A DNA stretch of 49,778 nucleotides from a virus (lineage: Duplodnaviria; Caudoviricetes): the IMG/VR virus record IMGVR_UViG_3300037478_000342, positions 1-49,778 of that record. One strand, given 5' to 3'. Below are positions 18,095 through 27,212 of this stretch, piece after piece; the first letter of the stretch is position 1, and the number at the start of each line of letters is the position of its first letter. The notes beneath the pieces were generated by a model. That model saw nothing but the letters and a program-made list of their open reading frames with translations, did no database searches and was not told the DNA's origin. Made by a program: the position numbers and the translations under genes.

Positions 18095-18420
18095 GCCGCT
18101 ACACGTTCAACGGCCGCCTCGCGGTCGCGATCGGGCGGGCGATCCGCGAGCGCAAGGCGGCGGCCGACCTCTCGATCTCCGAGCTCGCGCGGCGCACCGG
18201 CATGGGCCCATCGCAGGTCAGTCGGTGGCTCTGCGGCGAAGCGGCCCCGGCGGTCGAAACGCTCTGCAAGATCGCCGATGCTCTCGGGTGCGAACCCGGC
18301 GACCTGCTGCCGCCGCGCTCCGAGCTCGCTGCGCTCAAGGCTTCCGCGCGAGAACCTGCAGCACCACCACGAACGAAAGGACGATCCAGTGACTCGAGAC
18401 GACAAGGGCCGCGGGCCTGA
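18091..18420 (+). CDS. XRE/Cro-CI HTH transcriptional regulator
   Basis: LSISELARRTGMGPSQVSRWLCGEAAPAVETLCKIADALG. Confidence 0.88.
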   Translation: MSRYTFNGRLAVAIGRAIRERKAAADLSISELARRTGMGPSQVSRWLCGEAAPAVETLCKIADALGCEPGDLLPPRSELAALKASAREPAAPPRTKGRSSDSRRQGPRA

Positions 18421-18721
18421 ACAGCGCTCCCGCGAGAACATGACCGGCCACCTGGAGATCGCCGGCACCGAGCGGATGAAGATCCCCGAGCTCGACGCGC
18501 TTGCGGACGTGTACGTGATCAAGCGCGACGCACGGATGGAGGCGAGCGAGGAGGAGCACGAGGCCAAGGAAAAGCTCCACGAGGCGATGACGCGCCACGG
18601 GTTCAAGGTCGGCGACTCGTATCCGCTCACCGAGGGTCGCGAGTGCGTGCTGGTCGCGAAGGACGAGACCGTCAAGGTGCGCAAGCTCAAGGCCGCGAAG
18701 GACGACGACGGCGAGGAGTGA
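18389..18721 (+). CDS. Hypothetical protein (110 aa)
   Basis: AAAGGA RBS; charged helical composition. Confidence 0.65.
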   Translation: MTRDDKGRGPEQRSRENMTGHLEIAGTERMKIPELDALADVYVIKRDARMEASEEEHEAKEKLHEAMTRHGFKVGDSYPLTEGRECVLVAKDETVKVRKLKAAKDDDGEE

Positions 18722-18725
18722 GGCG

Positions 18726-19235
18726 TTGCCACTCCCGCGCGACCTGTTCCCGCCGCCTCCGATCGAGCCTGTGCGCATGGTGCTCGAGCCCGACCAGATC
18801 CCCACGAAGGGCACGCGGCACAAGATCATCGCGCTCACGCTCGAGGGCGCGAAGCGGTGCAGGTCGTGCGGGCAGTTCTATCGCGACTCAGACGACGGAC
18901 CGAAGCCCGGCCGCCGCGGCGCGATGATGAACTCCGACGTGTTCAACGATTTCGTGAAGGCGTGCACCATCGCGTGGCACCGCCTCGATCGCCCGACGCT
19001 CGCCGCCGGGCGCTGGGCGATCAACCTGGTCACGCACTGGCCGCGCGTGCGGCATCTCGACGTCGACGTCCCGCACGGCGACGCGGACGCCTCGATCTCC
19101 GCGGTGCTCGACGCGTGCCAGCTGGCGGGCGTCGTCGACAATGACGTGCGGATCGTCGAGACGCGCACGAGAAACGCGGTCGACTCGCACCGCCCCCGGC
19201 TCGAGATCGAGATCTCGCAGGAGCTGCACGGGTGA
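18726..19235 (+). CDS. rusA: RusA-like Holliday junction resolvase
   Basis: GDADASISAVLDACQLAGVVDNDVRIV resembles the RusA acidic motif (diverged). Confidence 0.65.
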   Translation: MPLPRDLFPPPPIEPVRMVLEPDQIPTKGTRHKIIALTLEGAKRCRSCGQFYRDSDDGPKPGRRGAMMNSDVFNDFVKACTIAWHRLDRPTLAAGRWAINLVTHWPRVRHLDVDVPHGDADASISAVLDACQLAGVVDNDVRIVETRTRNAVDSHRPRLEIEISQELHG

Positions 19236-19513
19236 GCGCCGCACAGAGCATCGGCACGACCACCCGCGCGCTGTTCGTCTGCGCGATCTGCGACAGCCGG
19301 GTGCGCATGCGCGAGGTCGACGGGAATCCGCCCACGTGCGGTCGGTGCAATCGAGCAATGTTCGTGTTCGACGACTGCCCGACCTGCGGCGAGCTCGTCG
19401 ATATCCCGCCGCGCGGCTGGCACGAGTGCCCCCGGTGCCACCGCCAGGGCTGCGGCGAGTGCATGCCGGCGGGCGTCGCGACCCTTTGCCCCGAGTGCGA
19501 GGACGATGGGTAG
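19232..19513 (+). CDS. Cys-rich multi-zinc-ribbon protein
   Basis: Six CxxC pairs in 93 aa. Confidence 0.65.
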   Translation: MSAAQSIGTTTRALFVCAICDSRVRMREVDGNPPTCGRCNRAMFVFDDCPTCGELVDIPPRGWHECPRCHRQGCGECMPAGVATLCPECEDDG

Positions 19514-19721
19514 TCACACGCCCTCGGCGCTCGAGCGGAAGCGCCACGAGCGGGCCGAGCTCGATCGGAAGCGTCAGGCCGAGATCTCCGCGCGCCGCGA
19601 CGAGCGCCAGGCCGCCGAGGAGGCCGCGGAGGCCGAGCGGATCGCCGAGCTCCTGCGACCAGCCCGCGAGGCGGCCGGCAACCGCACCGGACCGCTGCGC
19701 CCGACGCCGGCCCGTCGCTGA
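19506..19721 (+). CDS. Hypothetical protein (71 aa)
   Basis: Charged helical ORF with GAGGA upstream. Confidence 0.5.
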   Translation: MGSHTPSALERKRHERAELDRKRQAEISARRDERQAAEEAAEAERIAELLRPAREAAGNRTGPLRPTPARR

Positions 19722-19728
19722 TAGCCAA

Positions 19729-19771
19729 GGTCATTGACACAATCGATTAGCCACCGTAGGCTGGACGCATG
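19729..19771 (+). promoter_or_regulatory. Sigma70-type promoter, repeat copy 1
   Basis: GGTCATTGACAC; TTGACA-17-TAGGCT-6-ATG. Confidence 0.8.
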
Positions 19772-19954
19772 GCCACCGATCCCGCAGAGCTGCGCGAGGC
19801 GTTGCACGACCTGCTGCGCGCGGCTCGGTTCCTCGAGCGCGACCGGGCGCAGCATATCGATACCGTCCTCGGGATCGCCCGCGCGGTGCGAGCGCTCGGC
19901 ATGCCCCGCGACTGGCGACCGCTGGGGCGCGTCGACGAGGGGCGCGACGCATGA
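19769..19954 (+). CDS. Hypothetical protein (61 aa)
   Basis: Directly after the promoter; ATGA coupling. Confidence 0.6.
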   Translation: MATDPAELREALHDLLRAARFLERDRAQHIDTVLGIARAVRALGMPRDWRPLGRVDEGRDA

Positions 19955-20589
19955 AGATGTACCGCGGCAGGCTGCTCGACCGAGACCTCCGCGAAGCCCG
20001 AGCGCTCGTGAAGGGCAAGACCTCCGCGGCAGCCGTGCGCGCGCTGCTCGGCCGGGATTTTTCCTACGCGCAGATCGCCGACGTGCTCAAGCTCTCGACG
20101 TCGAGGATCGCCAGGATCGTGAAGCCGCAGGACCGAGGCCCCTCGGCGAATGTCCGCTGCAAGACTTGCGGACGGGAGGTGCGGCGAGACCTCGCATCGC
20201 TGGCGGCGCCGTGTCCGACGTGCGGAGGACAATGCGAGCGGTTGCATCGTCCGCCTGGGCGCCCGCGGAAAAACGCCGAACCGATCGCCGAACCGATCGA
20301 GCCTAGGCCGCGGCGGCCCGCGAACAAGATCGAGCACCCAACCGAGCGCACGCTCGCGGACAGAGCTCGCCGAGCGGTCAGCATGGCGATCGCGGCTGGT
20401 ACTCTGCGGCGCCTGCCATGTGAGGAATGCGGCGCGGAGTCGGCCGAAGGGCACCACGACGACTACTCACAGCCGCTAGCCGTGCGATGGCTCTGCCGCA
20501 CGCACCACCGCCGGGCGGACGCTGATCGCCGACAGCGCGAGGGGAAGCCACGCGCGACCAACGCAAACCGCAAAACGGTGGGTCATTGA
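19951..20589 (+). CDS. HTH + zinc ribbon + HNH-like protein
   Basis: SYAQIADVLKLSTSRIARIV; CKTC…CPTC; PCEEC…HHDDYSQPLAVRWLCRTHH. Confidence 0.7.
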   Translation: MKMYRGRLLDRDLREARALVKGKTSAAAVRALLGRDFSYAQIADVLKLSTSRIARIVKPQDRGPSANVRCKTCGREVRRDLASLAAPCPTCGGQCERLHRPPGRPRKNAEPIAEPIEPRPRRPANKIEHPTERTLADRARRAVSMAIAAGTLRRLPCEECGAESAEGHHDDYSQPLAVRWLCRTHHRRADADRRQREGKPRATNANRKTVGH

Positions 20590-20630
20590 CACAACTGTTA
20601 TCTGGGTGCATGCTGATCCTCATGACCACC
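20581..20630 (+). promoter_or_regulatory. Sigma70-type promoter, repeat copy 2
   Basis: GGTCATTGACAC; TTGACA-17-CATGCT-7-ATG. Confidence 0.8.
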
Positions 20631-20927
20631 CCGACCCCGCTCACCCCGACCGAGCACCTGCGCGCTCGCCTGAACGACGACGCCGCGCTCGCGGTCCACC
20701 TGATCCAGCGCAAGATCATCGCCGACGGACGCGCGACCGTCCGCACCCGCGACGACGTCGAGGTGCTCGCCGTGCGCGTGATGATCACCATGGGCCTGTG
20801 GACCGCTCGCGAGATCTCCGAGGGCCTGTGGATGGTCGAGCGCGTGCCGATGATCGAGACCGACCCCGAGCCCGAGGACGAGCGTGAGCCGCTCGCCGTC
20901 GACGCGTCCATCGTGGGGGGCTGCTGA
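20622..20927 (+). CDS. Hypothetical protein (101 aa)
   Basis: Starts right after promoter copy 2. Confidence 0.6.
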   Translation: MTTPTPLTPTEHLRARLNDDAALAVHLIQRKIIADGRATVRTRDDVEVLAVRVMITMGLWTAREISEGLWMVERVPMIETDPEPEDEREPLAVDASIVGGC

Positions 20928-20929
20928 AC

Positions 20930-22468
20930 ATGGTCACCCCCAACCCCGAGCAGCAGGCGGTGATCGATGCGTTCGTGGCCGGCGACGACCTCGCCGTCGA
21001 GGCGGGCGCCGGCACTGGCAAGACCTGGACCCTCGACGCGTGCACCCGCGCCGCGCCCGATCGCGCCGCGGTCTACGTGGCTTACTCGAAGGCGCTGCAG
21101 GTCGACGCCTCGGCCAAGTTCCCGCCGCACGTGACCTGCAAGACCGCTCACGCGCTCGCCTATCAGGCGTGCGCTCGCCCGTTCTCGCGGCGGCTCCGCG
21201 AGACCCGGCGCATGCCCGCTCGCGAAGGGGCGCGACTGCTCGGGATCGCCGAGCCGCTCGTGGTCATGGGCCGCGAAGGCTCGCTCGTCGCGAAGCTCTC
21301 GCCCGTCCAGATCTTCCGCATCGCGATGGCGGCGACCGGCTCGTTCTGTCAGTCGGCCGCGCCGTCGCTCGCGCCGTGGTGCATCCAAGCGCCGACCGGC
21401 ATCGACGGCGACGAGGAGCGCTCCGCGTTCGCCGAGGCGATCCTCCCGTTCGCTCGCAAGGCGTGGGACGACCTCCGCGACACCGAGGGCGTGCTCCCGT
21501 TCAGTCACGACGTGTACCTCAAGATCTGGCAGCTCTCGGGCCCGCGGATCCCCGCCGACGTGATCCTGTTCGACGAGGCGCAGGACGCGAACCGAGCGAT
21601 CGCCGACGTGATCGAGCGGCAGCAGGACCACGCGCAGGTGATCCTGGTCGGCGACTCGTGCCAACAGCTGTTCGGGTGGCGCGGTGCCGTCGACGCCATG
21701 GCGCGGTTCGTCGTCGACCAGCGACTGCTGCTCGCGCAGTCGTTCCGGTTCGGCGAGGCGATCGCGGTCGAAGCGAACAAGTGGCTCGCGCAGCTCGACA
21801 CGCCGATGCGCCTGCGCGGCAACCCGGCCATCGCCTCGACGCTCGGGCAGCTCGTGAAGCCCGACGCGATCTTGTGCCGCACGAACGCGGGCGCCGTCGC
21901 CGAGTGCATGGCCGAGGGCAGGGCCGGCCGGCGCGTCGCGCTCGTGGGCGGGGATCGGCAGCTCCGCGGACTCGCCGAGGCCGCGGTGACGCTCAAGGCG
22001 GGGCAGGGCACCGAGCATCCCGAGCTGTGCCTGTTCCGCACGTGGGGCGAGCTGCAGGAGTACACCGAGCAGGACGCGGCCGGCTCCGACCTCAAGGTGT
22101 TCGTCCAGCTGATCGACAAGCACGGGCCCGACCTCGTGATCGACACGCTCGACCGGCTCGTCGACGAGCGCTTCGCCGACGTGGTGGTCTCGACCGCTCA
22201 CAAGTCCAAGGGTCGCGAGTGGTCGACCGTGCGCGTCGCGTCGGACTTCCGAGCTCCGGGCGAGGATCCCGACACGGGCAAGCGCAAGCCGATCCCGCGC
22301 GCGGACGCGATGCTGGCCTACGTGACCTGCACCCGCGCGCGCCAGGTGCTCGACCGCGGCGGTCTCGACTGGATCGACGACTACATGCCCGACGACACCG
22401 CGCCGATCCCGGTCCAGCTGAACGCACGCGAAGCGGTCGAGCTTGTGCGCAACCGGACGCGGGTCTGA
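20930..22468 (+). CDS. UvrD/Rep-like SF1 helicase
   Basis: AGAGTGKT, DEAQD, VGDSCQQLFGWRGA, QSFRFG, TAHKSKGREW, YVTCTRAR. Confidence 0.93.
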   Translation: MVTPNPEQQAVIDAFVAGDDLAVEAGAGTGKTWTLDACTRAAPDRAAVYVAYSKALQVDASAKFPPHVTCKTAHALAYQACARPFSRRLRETRRMPAREGARLLGIAEPLVVMGREGSLVAKLSPVQIFRIAMAATGSFCQSAAPSLAPWCIQAPTGIDGDEERSAFAEAILPFARKAWDDLRDTEGVLPFSHDVYLKIWQLSGPRIPADVILFDEAQDANRAIADVIERQQDHAQVILVGDSCQQLFGWRGAVDAMARFVVDQRLLLAQSFRFGEAIAVEANKWLAQLDTPMRLRGNPAIASTLGQLVKPDAILCRTNAGAVAECMAEGRAGRRVALVGGDRQLRGLAEAAVTLKAGQGTEHPELCLFRTWGELQEYTEQDAAGSDLKVFVQLIDKHGPDLVIDTLDRLVDERFADVVVSTAHKSKGREWSTVRVASDFRAPGEDPDTGKRKPIPRADAMLAYVTCTRARQVLDRGGLDWIDDYMPDDTAPIPVQLNAREAVELVRNRTRV

Positions 22469-22546
22469 CCGAGCGGGGCTGCGCCCCGCACTGCCCTCGA
22501 CGAGCTCGACGGTGGTGCGGCGCCCAGCGCCGGAAACGGAGATCCC

Positions 22547-22945
22547 ATGGCCCGCAAACCCACCCCGCCCCATCCCGACCCCGACGAGCTCGAGGACGAG
22601 ACCGAGCTCGAGGAAGATCTCGGCGACCCCGAGACCGTCGCCGCCGTGCTGGGTCCGCATTCGCCGCCCGCGCCGACGGGCAAGCGGCGCAAGTCGGCGC
22701 AGACCATGCTCGCCGAGCACAACGATCGCGGGCTCCGGCTCCTGGTCGAGTCGATGATCGAGAGAGCGCGCGAGCTCCACCCGAGCGACAACCTCGAGGG
22801 CGAACCGCGGCACGACCAGCTGCGCCGCGCCGCCCTGGCGCTCCGGCACCTGCGCAAGCTGGTCACTCGCGCCGCGTTCGAGCAGGCGGTCCGCGACGTC
22901 GACCACGCGATCGATCGGCACGAGGAGCGCGGGGTGCCGTTCTGA
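22547..22945 (+). CDS. Hypothetical protein (132 aa)
   Basis: GGAGA RBS; acidic N-terminus. Confidence 0.65.
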   Translation: MARKPTPPHPDPDELEDETELEEDLGDPETVAAVLGPHSPPAPTGKRRKSAQTMLAEHNDRGLRLLVESMIERARELHPSDNLEGEPRHDQLRRAALALRHLRKLVTRAAFEQAVRDVDHAIDRHEERGVPF

Positions 22946-23283
22946 TGCGCGTCTCGATCGAGATCGACGACGACGACGCGGATGCCCTCGCCGCGTTCGC
23001 GATCATGCAGGGGCTCGACGCGGACGACGATCTGCCGTGCGACGTCGACGAGAGCTGCGAAGCGTGCATGGCCGGCGAGGCCCTGCGCCGGCTGCAGCAG
23101 ATCGGCGCCGTCCAGGTCACCGGCGAGGACGAGGGCGAGACCACCTACGGCGCGACGGGGCTCGACGACGAGGAGATCGAGCGACGCACCGCCGCCGTAG
23201 CGCTGCGCGAGAACAGGGTGGCGGCCGCGATCCGCGAGCTCGTGCGCTCGGGCAACGCCTGGCGCCGAGCAAACTCGGGGTGA
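22945..23283 (+). CDS. Hypothetical acidic protein (112 aa)
   Basis: TGATG coupling; MRVSIEIDDDDAD…. Confidence 0.6.
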   Translation: MRVSIEIDDDDADALAAFAIMQGLDADDDLPCDVDESCEACMAGEALRRLQQIGAVQVTGEDEGETTYGATGLDDEEIERRTAAVALRENRVAAAIRELVRSGNAWRRANSG

Positions 23284-23285
23284 CA

Positions 23286-23495
23286 ATGGTCACGTGCGCA
23301 AACTGCGGGCAGACCTGGGCGCGGGACCCCGCGCTCGAGGTCCCCCGCCCCACCTGCAAGGCCCCCGTAGGCCGCCGGTGTCGCCGCCCGAGCGAGCACC
23401 GGACCTTCGGGGGCCAGCCCCACGCAGAGCGGGACCGCGCGGCCGTGGCGACGGGCAAGCTCGCGCCCTGCACGGGCCCCGGGTGTAAACTGTAG
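23286..23495 (+). CDS. Small zinc-finger protein
   Basis: CANC…VPRPTCKAPVGRRCRRP…HAER. Confidence 0.6.
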   Translation: MVTCANCGQTWARDPALEVPRPTCKAPVGRRCRRPSEHRTFGGQPHAERDRAAVATGKLAPCTGPGCKL

Positions 23496-23544
23496 GTCAT
23501 TGACACGCGTGTTATCCCGGCTCATAATAGATCCCATGACCACC
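23495..23544 (+). promoter_or_regulatory. Sigma70-type promoter, repeat copy 3
   Basis: GGTCATTGACAC; TTGACA-17-CATAAT-7-ATG. Confidence 0.85.
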
Positions 23545-23787
23545 ACCCGCACCCTGTTCGAGCGCGTCTCGATCGACGAGACCGAGCGCCCCTCCTTCGA
23601 CGACATGCGCGCCGAGCTTGACGCCTGCGCTCCCGCGGCGCTCGACCTGTCCGGTGCCCCGCTGTTTGAGCTCGTGCTGCTCGTCGACCACGGGCGCGAC
23701 GAGTCGGTGAAGGCGATCGCGGCTGCCGAGCTCGCGCGCCGCGGCGAGACCGTGACCACCGCGCAGCTCAAGTCGAGGGCCGCGTGA
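23536..23787 (+). CDS. Hypothetical protein (83 aa)
   Basis: Starts after promoter copy 3; GTGA coupling. Confidence 0.6.
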   Translation: MTTTRTLFERVSIDETERPSFDDMRAELDACAPAALDLSGAPLFELVLLVDHGRDESVKAIAAAELARRGETVTTAQLKSRAA

Positions 23788-24065
23788 ACCGCTCGGCCGC
23801 CATCGTGTCGAAGGTCCACTACCTCACCGCGCAGGGCGAACCGCTGCGCGGTGCGGTGATCGAGGCGCTCGCAAAGGTGCCCGCGTCCAAGGGCGCGCAG
23901 CGGCTGGCGGTCGCGACGCTCGTCGCCGGCCTGCCGTCCGACGTCGCCGCCCAGATCCGCGAGCTCGTCGACCCGCCGGCCGAGGCCCGCCAGCCCCGCC
24001 CGATCTCGACCGCCCCGAACAGCATCGCGAGCCGACTCGCGAAGTCCGTTCTAAGGAGACCATGA
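23784..24065 (+). CDS. Hypothetical protein (93 aa)
   Basis: Overlapping start/stop codons on both sides. Confidence 0.55.
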   Translation: MNRSAAIVSKVHYLTAQGEPLRGAVIEALAKVPASKGAQRLAVATLVAGLPSDVAAQIRELVDPPAEARQPRPISTAPNSIASRLAKSVLRRP

Positions 24066-24511
24066 AACGCACCACGATCACCATCGCGCTCGCGCTCGCA
24101 GCTTGCGACCCGAGATCAACCGCAACCCCGACGCCCGACCGCGTGGGCGAAGCGCCCGAGCACGACGACGTCGAACTGCTCGAGGCCGACCCGCCGACGC
24201 GCCTGCCCGGTGTGGATCCGTGCGAGACCTACGGCGCCGCCCCCGGGATCCGACTCACGAGCGACACCGACTATCCCGGCGAGGTGCTCGTGCCCGACTG
24301 GTGCATCGGGTCGATCCCGAACGTGCTCGGGTGCTGGGCGGACCACACGAGCGACGGCGGGGATGCGGGCTACGAGCTGACCCTCGTGCACCTGTTCTGC
24401 GCGTTCGACTGCGAGGGCGAGGCGGTCGAGCGACACACCATCGCGGGCTTTCCCGAGAGCGGCAGCGAGGTCGTGGTCTCGTTCCCGAACCCGTGCCCGG
24501 TGCCGCCATGA
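24062..24511 (+). CDS. Putative lipoprotein
   Basis: AAGGAG RBS; MKRTTITIALALAAC lipobox. Confidence 0.7.
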   Translation: MKRTTITIALALAACDPRSTATPTPDRVGEAPEHDDVELLEADPPTRLPGVDPCETYGAAPGIRLTSDTDYPGEVLVPDWCIGSIPNVLGCWADHTSDGGDAGYELTLVHLFCAFDCEGEAVERHTIAGFPESGSEVVVSFPNPCPVPP

Positions 24512-24750
24512 TCGACACCGCCCTTCGCATCGCGAAGAACCTCGGCATCGACGGGCACCGCGACGCCGTCGGCCGTGCCCGCTGCGAGCGGTTGTCGCTG
24601 CAGGTCCGCGCGCTCGCGAGCTCGATCGACTATCTCGCCGAGTGCCACGCCGACCCAGGATGCACGCCGGATGCGCTCGAGGCTGCGCGCGTTCGTGTGT
24701 CGGTGGAGATCGCCGACGCGTTCGTGGTGCTGCTGCAGGAGCGAGCATGA
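24508..24750 (+). CDS. Hypothetical protein (weak MazG-like EIAD motif)
   Basis: ATGA couplings; VEIADAFVVLLQ. Confidence 0.5.
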   Translation: MIDTALRIAKNLGIDGHRDAVGRARCERLSLQVRALASSIDYLAECHADPGCTPDALEAARVRVSVEIADAFVVLLQERA

Positions 24751-25193
24751 CCCGCTGGAAACACAAGCGCGTGCGCGGCTTGCCGGGCCCGAGCATGCGC
24801 GATCGGCTGCGCCTATGGTGGGGGCAGCTCGGCATCGTCGTGCGGTGGCGGCTTCGCCACCCTCGGCCCCGGAGAAGCGCCTCGTGCGACTCGATCGCGG
24901 GGCACGTCCTCGCGCTGCGCGGGGTGTGGCACGTGACGATCGCGGAGGACTGCGCGCTCGGCAGGTTCACGCTCGTCGCCATTGGCGGCGACCCGATCGA
25001 GGTGCGCCGCGCCGTCGACTGGTCGAGGCCGGCGGGGGTCGAGGGCGACGTGCACGTTGCTCCCGCCCGCTGGCGCGACCGCTTGCGGTGGCTGTGGACG
25101 GCGTATGCGCATGTCGACCTCGACGAGATCCGGCACCGACTCGCGCGCGCTGTGCAGGTGCCCTACTCGATTCTGTGGGGTATCGACCCGTGA
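24747..25193 (+). CDS. Hypothetical Arg/Trp-rich protein
   Basis: ATGA/GTGA couplings; internal RDRLR-W repeat. Confidence 0.5.
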   Translation: MTRWKHKRVRGLPGPSMRDRLRLWWGQLGIVVRWRLRHPRPRRSASCDSIAGHVLALRGVWHVTIAEDCALGRFTLVAIGGDPIEVRRAVDWSRPAGVEGDVHVAPARWRDRLRWLWTAYAHVDLDEIRHRLARAVQVPYSILWGIDP

Positions 25194-25363
25194 TCCGCTT
25201 CCTTCGCCGCACGTTCGGCGTGCTGTCGTGGGCCGGGATGATGGGGCTGGCGTACGCCGCCCAGCCGACGCTTGGCGCGTGGGCGGTCCCGTGCGCGCTG
25301 ATCGTAACCGGGCTGATCATCGCCTACGCCACCGCGCCGGGCGACCGACCCGGCGACTACTAA
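25190..25363 (+). CDS. Small two-TM membrane protein (57 aa)
   Basis: GTGA coupling; two hydrophobic segments. Confidence 0.55.
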   Translation: MIRFLRRTFGVLSWAGMMGLAYAAQPTLGAWAVPCALIVTGLIIAYATAPGDRPGDY

Positions 25364-25397
25364 CGAACCCGCGCGAGCGGGCGATCCAGGAGAGACC

Positions 25398-25817
25398 ATG
25401 ACCACCGAGATCCATCGCTGCTGCGGGGAGTTCTGCCCCGGCCTCACGTACCGCGCGAGCGAGGTCCCGCACCCGCCCGCGTGCTCCTACGGCCCCGGCA
25501 ACGCCGAGGAGGCCGCTCGCATGGCGATCCAGCGCCAGCGCAACACGATGCCCGCAGGAGCGAGCGAGTCGCAGGTGCTTCGCGCCGCCTGGGCGTCGCT
25601 CGAATGCGCCGCGCTCCTCGGGGCCGGCGCGATGATCCTGCAGGCGCGCGACCGCGTGCAGCGCATGGCCGCCGAGGCGATCGTCGACGAGATCGGCCCC
25701 GACGTGAACCGACTGCTCGCGACGCCGGAGCTCATGCGAGCCGCCCACCTGCTCGACGACATGGGCAAGCCGAACGGGCTCGGCCGCGAGCTCCTCGCCG
25801 TGATCGGCCGAGCCTGA
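25398..25817 (+). CDS. Hypothetical protein (139 aa)
   Basis: AGGAG RBS; N-terminal Cys cluster. Confidence 0.6.
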   Translation: MTTEIHRCCGEFCPGLTYRASEVPHPPACSYGPGNAEEAARMAIQRQRNTMPAGASESQVLRAAWASLECAALLGAGAMILQARDRVQRMAAEAIVDEIGPDVNRLLATPELMRAAHLLDDMGKPNGLGRELLAVIGRA

Positions 25818-25828
25818 TACGGTGCGGC

Positions 25829-26230
25829 ATGGCCGACGAGACGACACCGAAGCGCGAGCCGACGCCGATCGACACCGTGCTCCCGCGGTACACGCGGCGC
25901 GAGGCCGAGACGCGGCGCCTCGCCGACCCCGCGATGATCTGGGGCGGCGGACTGCTCGCCGCGCTGTCGGGGCTGTCGGTGTGGGAGCTGCTCCGCGTGC
26001 CCCCTCGCGACGTGCCCGTGTACATCGGCGTGTTGCTCATGATCGTCGGGTGGCTCCGCCTCCGAATCGAGCGGCGTCTCGACCGCCACATCGTCGGCAC
26101 CGTCACCGCGCTCGAGCACGAGGTCGAGTCCAGCAAGGCCGGTGCCCCGCGCGTGACGCTTCACGACGACGAGATCACCCCGATCGAGCCGCTGCAGCCC
26201 GAGCCCGGCTCGGTCGTGCGCCGTGGGTGA
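25829..26230 (+). CDS. Two-TM membrane protein, holin candidate
   Basis: IWGGGLLAALSGLSVW and VPVYIGVLLMIVGWL; TACGGT upstream. Confidence 0.55.
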   Translation: MADETTPKREPTPIDTVLPRYTRREAETRRLADPAMIWGGGLLAALSGLSVWELLRVPPRDVPVYIGVLLMIVGWLRLRIERRLDRHIVGTVTALEHEVESSKAGAPRVTLHDDEITPIEPLQPEPGSVVRRG

Positions 26231-26990
26231 CGGCGGGCCTGGCCTGCCCGCGTGGGCCGTGCACCAGGGCGACTCGTTCGATTTCCTGCGCTACCTCGGG
26301 CCCGAGTGCATCCACGCGATCGTGGAGGATCCGCCCTACGCCTCGGGCGGGTTCCGCGAGGCCGAGCGCCAGGGGGCGAAGGTGCAGGGCATCGACGACG
26401 ACGCGGGCACGTACGCCAGGCTCGGGTGGTTCGTCGGCGACAACATGACCACCGGCGGGCTCGTGTTCCTCCTGCGCTCGCGCGCGTTCGAGGCCGCCCG
26501 GGTCCTGGTCGACGGCGGGTCGCTCCTCACGTTCTGCGACTGGCGCATGACGTGGATCCTCGGCCCCGCGCTCGAGTCGGCCGGGCTCCGGTGGCAAGCG
26601 ATGGTCTGCTGGGACAAGGGCAGCGCCGGGCTCGGCAAGGGCTTCCGCGGACGCGCCGAGTATGTGCTGCACCACGTGAAGGGCGTGGGTCGGTTCCACG
26701 CCGACGACGGCGAGAACGTGATCCGCTGTGGACGAGTGCGCCCCGAGGAGCGCGAACACCCGACAGAGAAGCCCGTGGAGCTCCTACGGCAGCTGATCCG
26801 CGTGGTCGCACCTGTGGGCGGCCTGGTGTTTGACGGCTTCGCAGGCTCCGGGTCGACCGGGTGTGCTGCGATCCTCGAAGGACGCCGATTCCTCGGGGTC
26901 GAACGCAACCCCGGGCACGTCGAGACGATCCGGGCTCGGCTCTCGGGCATCGTGCCCGAACGCGACGGGCAGCTCGGGCTCCTCGGCTGA
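26223..26990 (+). CDS. DNA methyltransferase, N4-C/N6-A beta class
   Basis: DPPY, WDKG, HPTEKP, FDGFAGSGSTG, GRRFLGVE. Confidence 0.92.
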   Translation: MGDGGPGLPAWAVHQGDSFDFLRYLGPECIHAIVEDPPYASGGFREAERQGAKVQGIDDDAGTYARLGWFVGDNMTTGGLVFLLRSRAFEAARVLVDGGSLLTFCDWRMTWILGPALESAGLRWQAMVCWDKGSAGLGKGFRGRAEYVLHHVKGVGRFHADDGENVIRCGRVRPEEREHPTEKPVELLRQLIRVVAPVGGLVFDGFAGSGSTGCAAILEGRRFLGVERNPGHVETIRARLSGIVPERDGQLGLLG

Positions 26991-26993
26991 ATC

Positions 26994-27044
26994 TCACTAC
27001 TGCATGTCGCGCGTAGCGCTACTGCATGTCGCTACGGTAGCGAC
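26994..27044. repeat. Second cluster of CTACTGCATGTCGC repeats plus inverted repeat
   Basis: Copies at 26997-27010 and 27019-27032; IR GTCGCTAC-G-GTAGCGAC at 27028-27044. Confidence 0.9.
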
Positions 27045-27166
27045 GGCGGACGGGCGACGGCAAGACCTGGCGGGCTATACGAGCGCCTCGCGCGCGCGAG
27101 GGGCTGGAAAGCGGCGGAGGATCCGGCAGGGTAGCGGCGATCGGCGGCGATTGGGGCCGGGGACCG

Positions 27167-27212
<46 letters not shown>

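Noticed and set aside
22473-22489. Hairpin after the helicase as a terminator
   Set aside because: Short GC stem with no T tract; common by chance at this GC content
20378-22921. 847-aa minus-strand ORF and the 799-aa ORF at 20884
   Set aside because: Shadows of the helicase; only 22945-23283 of the latter looks coding
24508-24750. MazG nucleotide pyrophosphatase
   Set aside because: Only the EIAD half-motif is present; the upstream EExxE motif is absent
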